From: Candidatus Thorarchaeota archaeon
GTDB lineage: Archaea; Asgardarchaeota; Thorarchaeia; Thorarchaeales; Thorarchaeaceae
Length of the DNA: 21,654 nucleotides
Direction: 5' to 3'
Assembly (NCBI GenBank): GCA_016839445.1
Contig: JAEOUG010000045.1
Span: 1-21,654, forward strand
Shown: piece by piece, positions 16,830 through 21,654 of the stretch
How the letters are laid out: each line of letters starts with the position of its first letter
Numbering within the stretch: the stretch's first letter is position 1
Translations under genes and position numbers: made by a program
The notes under the pieces: model-generated
What the model saw: the letters and a program-made list of their open reading frames with translations, nothing else
Told to the model about the DNA's origin: nothing
Databases searched by the model: none

Positions 16830-18097
16830 CGCTCGGCGACTTTGAAGAGATGATGGACAGTTGCGTACGGTGCTCCAAGTGCAAGTTCATCCCTCAGATT
16901 CAGATCAAGAGCAAACGCTTCTCTCACATATGTCCCTCAATCGAGTACTACAACTTCCACGCATACTCGGGAGGAGGGAGGATGATCATGGCCAATGCCC
17001 TCCACAGGGGAAGAATCGAGTTCACTCCAGAGATGCTTGAGGTGCTCTACAGTTGCACAAACTGCGGAGGATGTGAGATCTCCTGTAAGTGGGTCTATGA
17101 CCTAGAGCCAAACGAAGTGATACACGAACTGCGTGTCGCAGCAGTGGAGTCCGGAGCGGGACCTCTGCCTAAGCACAAGAAGTACATCGACCTAGTCGAT
17201 AGGAATCAGAATCCCTACGGGGAGCCGTCTGAGAAACGACCTGCCTGGCTTGAGGATGACATTGAGCTAGACGAGAACTCGAGCACCATTTTCTTCGTTG
17301 GCTGCACAGCAGCATACCGCAGAGAGGAGATCGCCAAGTCAACAGCACGGGTACTCAATGCAGGAGGCGAGAAGTTTCGGATTCTTGGAACCGATGAAGT
17401 CTGCTGCGGCAGTCCGGTCTACAGAGTCGGAGACAAGACAAAGGCCATCGAGATCATGAAGAGAAACATAGAGCTGTTCAGAGAGAGAGGTGTTGAGAGA
17501 ATTGTGACCTCGTGTGCGGGTTGTTTCAACATGCTAAAGACCGAGTATCCGAGGTACGTCGAGCACGAATTTGAAGTTGTGCACATCTCACAGCTACTGG
17601 AAACCATGCTTTCAGAGGGGCGCATCAAACCGACGCGTGAAGTACCCATGAAGGTCACATACCATGACCCATGCCATCTGGGTAGAATGTCCGAACCATA
17701 CGAACCCTACGAGGGAGAGAAGATAGAGATTCTCTCGCAGGTCTACATGTGGGACCCGCCTAAGCCAGAGAGACGCGGCGCTGGTGGCGTATATGATGCA
17801 CCTCGGAACGTCCTCAAGCAGATTCCGGGTGTTGAGCTCATTGAGATGGAGCGGATCCGAGAGTACAGCTACTGCTGTGGAGCGGGAGGTGGCGTGAAGT
17901 CAGCATTTCCGGCCTTCGCTCTCTGGACCGGAGGTGAACGAGTACAAGAGGCAGAAGCAACTGGTGCCGAGGGAATTGTATCAGTCTGCCCCTTCTGTTC
18001 TACGAACATCAGAGACGCCCTAAAGTCTCGGGAATCGAAGATGGAGTACTACGACTTGACAGAGCTTGTGCTCCTGAGTCTGGAAGGAGGTGACTAG
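16826..18097 (+). CDS. Fe-S oxidoreductase of the GlcF/GlpC/HdrD type (2x4Fe-4S plus two CCG domains)
   Basis: CVRCSKC..CP, CTNCGGCEISC, FVGC, CCG, SCAGC, YHDPCHL, CCGAGGG and CPFC. GTGA overlap with the upstream gene. Confidence 0.9.
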   Translation: MTLGDFEEMMDSCVRCSKCKFIPQIQIKSKRFSHICPSIEYYNFHAYSGGGRMIMANALHRGRIEFTPEMLEVLYSCTNCGGCEISCKWVYDLEPNEVIHELRVAAVESGAGPLPKHKKYIDLVDRNQNPYGEPSEKRPAWLEDDIELDENSSTIFFVGCTAAYRREEIAKSTARVLNAGGEKFRILGTDEVCCGSPVYRVGDKTKAIEIMKRNIELFRERGVERIVTSCAGCFNMLKTEYPRYVEHEFEVVHISQLLETMLSEGRIKPTREVPMKVTYHDPCHLGRMSEPYEPYEGEKIEILSQVYMWDPPKPERRGAGGVYDAPRNVLKQIPGVELIEMERIREYSYCCGAGGGVKSAFPAFALWTGGERVQEAEATGAEGIVSVCPFCSTNIRDALKSRESKMEYYDLTELVLLSLEGGD

Positions 18098-18100
18098 ACA

Positions 18101-19675
18101 ATGAATGACAAGATCTACTCCAAGCTTCAAGACATAGTCGGGGAACCTAACATAACCCGTAGTCCAGCTATCCTCGACACATACTCATTCCAGTGGGGCT
18201 TCGAAATTGAGAGCGCTCAGCGCGGAGAAGAGCCTTCGAGATTTGGAAACAGACCTTCTGCAGTACTTCTTCCCGCCAGTGCAGAGGAAGTACAAGCAGT
18301 TGTTAAGATCTGCAATGAGCATGGTGTGCCCTTCAAAGCGTTGAGCACGGGGATGGGGCCCTGGGCCGGGGTCTCTTCAAGCGAGACCATTCAGATTGAC
18401 CTCAGACGAATGAACAGGATTCTGGAGGTGGATGCAAACAACCTCTATGCTGTCATAGAGCCTTATGTCACAAATGCGGAGCTGCAGGCAGAGCTCTTCC
18501 AGTACGGTCTCATGCACCATGCGCAGGGTGCAGGGCCACAGACATCGCCCCTCGCAAGTCATACCTCTTTCGTTGGTCCAGGATTCACATCGCCGTACAC
18601 AGGATTCAGTGGAAGGAATCTACTTGGAGCGGAGTGGGTCGCACCCAACGGGGAAATCATCAGGCTGGGTTCCTACGATTCCACTCGTAAATGGTTCACT
18701 GGCGACGGCCCAGGATTCAGTCTGAGAGGTGTGATCAGAGGATGGTTGGGAGCATATGGTGGACTAGGAGTCTTCACGAAAGCCGCAATCAAGCTTTACT
18801 CATTCCCCGCACCGAAGGACTGGACGTGGAAGACGGGAGGCACCATACCGAGCTACGACTGGGAAGTACCCCCGTTCTGGCAGCTGTTCGTCCTGAACTT
18901 CCAGGAGTGGGAGCAGTACGAGGCTGCGTTCTACGAAGTAAGCGACCATGATGCCGTGATGATGGCAACAACCTCTTCATCTGAAGGTCTTGCAGCCCTG
19001 TTCACTGATACGAAGATGGAGGCCCTAGAAGTCATCTTCAGTGGTCTGCTGGAGAGAACAAGACGGTACTTCATAGTCCTGATAGCAGCTCATACCGAAC
19101 GTGAGTTCAACTACCGCATCAAGCTCATCCGTACGATCATGGAGAAGCATCAAGGTGAGGACCTCATTGAGGAGGGGCTGATTTCGCCCCGTCCATCGCA
19201 TTACGCCGAGACCATTCGAAACATGCTTGGAGGACACGCTTTCAGATTCTCCAACTGCTTCCAGAGCACTCACGGAGGCATGGATACGGTTGCGATGGCA
19301 GTCAGGATTGCTCAAGTCAACGCCCCCATCAAGAACAAGTATATCGAGAAGGGGGTCATTGGCGATGATCAGGGAGAGGGAATCTGGACAACTACCTATG
19401 AAGGAGGGCACATGGCACACCTAGAAGTGCCAACCGTCTACGACGGAGCATCAAAGGAGTCTTGCCTGGGATATGCCGAGTATCAGGATGAGTGCAATGA
19501 GGTGGACCTGCGGCAGGCTCTTGGTATGCCGTTCTTCATTGTTGGAGACAAGGTGCATGAGTACTATGCATCACGAACGATGGACTATCCGAAATATCTG
19601 AGAAGAATCAAGGCCGCATTTGATCCTAATGGACTGTCTGATTCTTCTCACTACGTAACAGCAAGAAAGGAGTGA
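18101..19675 (+). CDS. FAD-binding oxidoreductase (FAD_binding_4, VAO/PCMH superfamily), copy 2
   Basis: VLLPASAEEV, ALSTG, IDLRRMNRI, IEPYV, GGLGVFTK and KAAFDPNG. GGAGGTGA RBS. Confidence 0.85.
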   Translation: MNDKIYSKLQDIVGEPNITRSPAILDTYSFQWGFEIESAQRGEEPSRFGNRPSAVLLPASAEEVQAVVKICNEHGVPFKALSTGMGPWAGVSSSETIQIDLRRMNRILEVDANNLYAVIEPYVTNAELQAELFQYGLMHHAQGAGPQTSPLASHTSFVGPGFTSPYTGFSGRNLLGAEWVAPNGEIIRLGSYDSTRKWFTGDGPGFSLRGVIRGWLGAYGGLGVFTKAAIKLYSFPAPKDWTWKTGGTIPSYDWEVPPFWQLFVLNFQEWEQYEAAFYEVSDHDAVMMATTSSSEGLAALFTDTKMEALEVIFSGLLERTRRYFIVLIAAHTEREFNYRIKLIRTIMEKHQGEDLIEEGLISPRPSHYAETIRNMLGGHAFRFSNCFQSTHGGMDTVAMAVRIAQVNAPIKNKYIEKGVIGDDQGEGIWTTTYEGGHMAHLEVPTVYDGASKESCLGYAEYQDECNEVDLRQALGMPFFIVGDKVHEYYASRTMDYPKYLRRIKAAFDPNGLSDSSHYVTARKE

Positions 19676-19681
19676 ATGTGA

Positions 19682-20104
19682 GTGACATTCTTTGAGAGCA
19701 AGGAACAACTAATGCAAGTGTTCGAGGAGTTCTGGCCGCGTGCAATAGCCATCCCTCATGTCTATGAGAGGCTATGTGAGTCAGAGATCATAGCCCGCTT
19801 CGTTGTCGAGCAACCGGAGCTGGAAGTGACGATTGATTTCAAGAGCAAAGGACCTGATGGGAAGCAAGGGATTCTCAGCTTTGATTCAAACATTGAACCG
19901 GAGATTACTGTGTACAGCAAGTCCGACGTGACCAACAAGTTCTGGCAAGGCAAGCTCAGAACATCTGTCGCAATGGCGAAGGGTGACGTCAAGATATCCG
20001 GCTCTGTGATGAAGGGTCTTGGCCTGATTGGCAAGATCAAGCCGCTTCATCCAGTCTATATCCAGGTATTGAAGGACCTAGGTCTCGAGAGGCTCCTAGT
20101 GTGA
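19682..20104 (+). CDS. SCP2 sterol/lipid-carrier domain protein
   Basis: PEITV...DVTNKFWQGKL...AMAKGDVKISGSV, the SCP2 C-terminal signature. Confidence 0.8.
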   Translation: MTFFESKEQLMQVFEEFWPRAIAIPHVYERLCESEIIARFVVEQPELEVTIDFKSKGPDGKQGILSFDSNIEPEITVYSKSDVTNKFWQGKLRTSVAMAKGDVKISGSVMKGLGLIGKIKPLHPVYIQVLKDLGLERLLV

Positions 20105-20120
20105 GTGAGGTGAAAGCGAA

Positions 20121-21206
20121 GTGACGGATTACGTAAACCCAAATGTGAAGGAAGGATGGATAGGACCAGGAAGGAAGGATGGAGAGATTCAGACTCTCGA
20201 GCTAGAGGACGATGCTCTACACATAGAAGTAGGCAAGAAGAACCACTTCGAGTGGTGGTACTTCGACGCGCACTTGGATGGAGGCTACACCCTGGTTGCC
20301 TTCTTCTATGCCGCGTATCCCAATCCGGGCCTCGACCAAGGTAAGGTTGGCGTAGAGATGACTCTGCTTCGGCCTGACGGCCGAAAGACGCAGCGTTTCA
20401 TCAAGTACAGCAAATCTGACTTCTATGCATCGAGAGAACGACCTGATGTCAAGATAGGGGACAACTTCATGAAAGTGGAGTTTCCCGAAGACGGACTTCC
20501 CGTCTATGAGATCTTCCTAGAGGATGAGGGACTCGCGTTCCATCTGACCTACAAGGCTCAGGTGAAGGGCTGGAAGCCGGGAACGGGTTACTCGCACTTT
20601 GCCAACTTAGGATACTTCGCGTGGGTAATTCCCTTTGCGAGAGGTAGAGTGACCGGGACGGTACGTGACGGTGATAGTGTCATGGAGGTCGCGGGAGTGG
20701 GATATCATGACCACAACTGGCTCAACTTTCCGTTCCAGAATATCATCGAGTATTGGATGTGGGGACGAGTATACTCCGAGAACTTCACCGTTTCCTATGC
20801 CTACATCAAGTGCAATGAGAAAGTGGATGAACACGTCGTCAAGGTCCTGCAAGTGGCAAAGGGCGAAGACGTCATCCTCAGCTCCGGTGAGTTTGAGTTC
20901 GATAAGAGCGATTTCGAGTTCAACGAGAAAGCGGGTCATAGCTATCCGAGGCGAATAGCTATCAAGATCCCTGACGCCATCGACCTGACTCTCACAGTGA
21001 ACAGGCTCTATGAGGCGGTCAACATGCTTGATAACTTCGGAGCAGTCCTGCGCTTCGTAGCCAAGAACATCCTAAGACTGAAGCCGGGATACTTCAGAAT
21101 CCACTCCGACTTTGCTCTAAGCGTGAACCATGAAGGTTCTTCGTACAAGGAAACAGGAACTACTCTCCACGAGGTGGTCACGTTCAAGCAACTGGGCCCA
21201 TCATGA
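20121..21206 (+). CDS. CrtC/AttH/tocopherol-cyclase-like double beta-barrel protein (putative hydratase/cyclase)
   Basis: FEWWYFDA, GYHDHNW, WMWGR and SYP motifs. GAGGTGA RBS. Confidence 0.75.
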   Translation: MTDYVNPNVKEGWIGPGRKDGEIQTLELEDDALHIEVGKKNHFEWWYFDAHLDGGYTLVAFFYAAYPNPGLDQGKVGVEMTLLRPDGRKTQRFIKYSKSDFYASRERPDVKIGDNFMKVEFPEDGLPVYEIFLEDEGLAFHLTYKAQVKGWKPGTGYSHFANLGYFAWVIPFARGRVTGTVRDGDSVMEVAGVGYHDHNWLNFPFQNIIEYWMWGRVYSENFTVSYAYIKCNEKVDEHVVKVLQVAKGEDVILSSGEFEFDKSDFEFNEKAGHSYPRRIAIKIPDAIDLTLTVNRLYEAVNMLDNFGAVLRFVAKNILRLKPGYFRIHSDFALSVNHEGSSYKETGTTLHEVVTFKQLGPS

Positions 21207-21310
21207 ATTCACAACACAAATATCCTCTCTTGTGTAACGTTCGGACTACCAAGAAGGGCAGACGCTTGCCGTCCTAGGAGGAGAAGCGGAGCCCTTCTGG
21301 AGGGAGTCTC

Positions 21311-21654
21311 TTGAGAAACACAAGATTGAGAATTCTGTTGAGCACGCTTCTGCTCTTGTCAATGGTTGTAAGCCCGGTGCTTCCAGCCATCGCGTTGCAG
21401 GGCAACAGTGTCCCTGCTTCCCCAGGAAGCAATGAGAATATGATTGTGAACGTCTTGGAGGATGAGAGCGTTGTCTCGAACCTTCCTGCCAACAACTTCC
21501 ACGCAAATACACACGAAGGTGGCGTCTGGGTCGGCTACGAACCCAGCGATGGCTATGCGAGGGCTTGGCTGAAGTACGACCTAAGGAATATCCCCAAGGA
21601 GATTGGCATCTTGAGTGTTCATGTCAACCTCTACTGCAACGATGAGTTCGTGAC
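21311..21654 (+). CDS. Secreted DNRLRE-like domain protein, 3'-truncated (absent from the ORF track)
   Basis: Manual translation gives MRNTRLRILLSTLLLLSMVVSPVLPAIA (signal peptide)...ARAWLKYDLRNIPKEIGILSVHVNLY. TTG start after GGAGGGAG, and the frame is open to the window end. Confidence 0.7.
   Translation, partial: MRNTRLRILLSTLLLLSMVVSPVLPAIALQGNSVPASPGSNENMIVNVLEDESVVSNLPANNFHANTHEGGVWVGYEPSDGYARAWLKYDLRNIPKEIGILSVHVNLYCNDEFV

Noticed and set aside
448-21512. Numerous short antisense or alternate-frame ORFs in the track
   Set aside because: They are shadows of well-supported genes and show no recognisable motifs.
1-21654. CRISPR arrays, IS/transposases, tRNA/rRNA
   Set aside because: No regularly spaced repeats, transposase motifs or cloverleaf/rRNA signatures were seen, and all intergenic gaps are under 200 nt.

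Overview
Gene-dense archaeal window, most likely from an Asgard archaeon (Thorarchaeia-like). This assignment is inferred from gelsolin, Roadblock and longin-like genes, archaeal TATA/GGAGGTGA signals and a ThiR regulator. From left to right: a 5'-truncated surface glycoprotein with about 6 Ig-like repeats; a GNAT acetyltransferase; thiR divergent from a thiBPQ thiamine ABC transporter, with a perfect palindromic operator between them; an unknown membrane protein; a gelsolin/polyproline protein paired with a Roadblock gene, then a PNPOx-like and a longin-like gene; a tandem-duplicated membrane protein; C_GCAxxG_C_C, coiled-coil, DUF5320-like and ThiS/MoaD-like genes; a six-gene PadR operon (two VAO/PCMH-type flavoproteins, a CCG Fe-S protein, SCP2 and a CrtC/tocopherol-cyclase-like protein); and a 3'-truncated secreted DNRLRE-like protein that the ORF track misses. 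The best novel-system candidates are the PadR lipid/alkylphenol operon and the gelsolin-Roadblock-longin cluster. No rRNA, tRNA, CRISPR or mobile element was seen. All family calls come from motif recognition by eye, not database searches.
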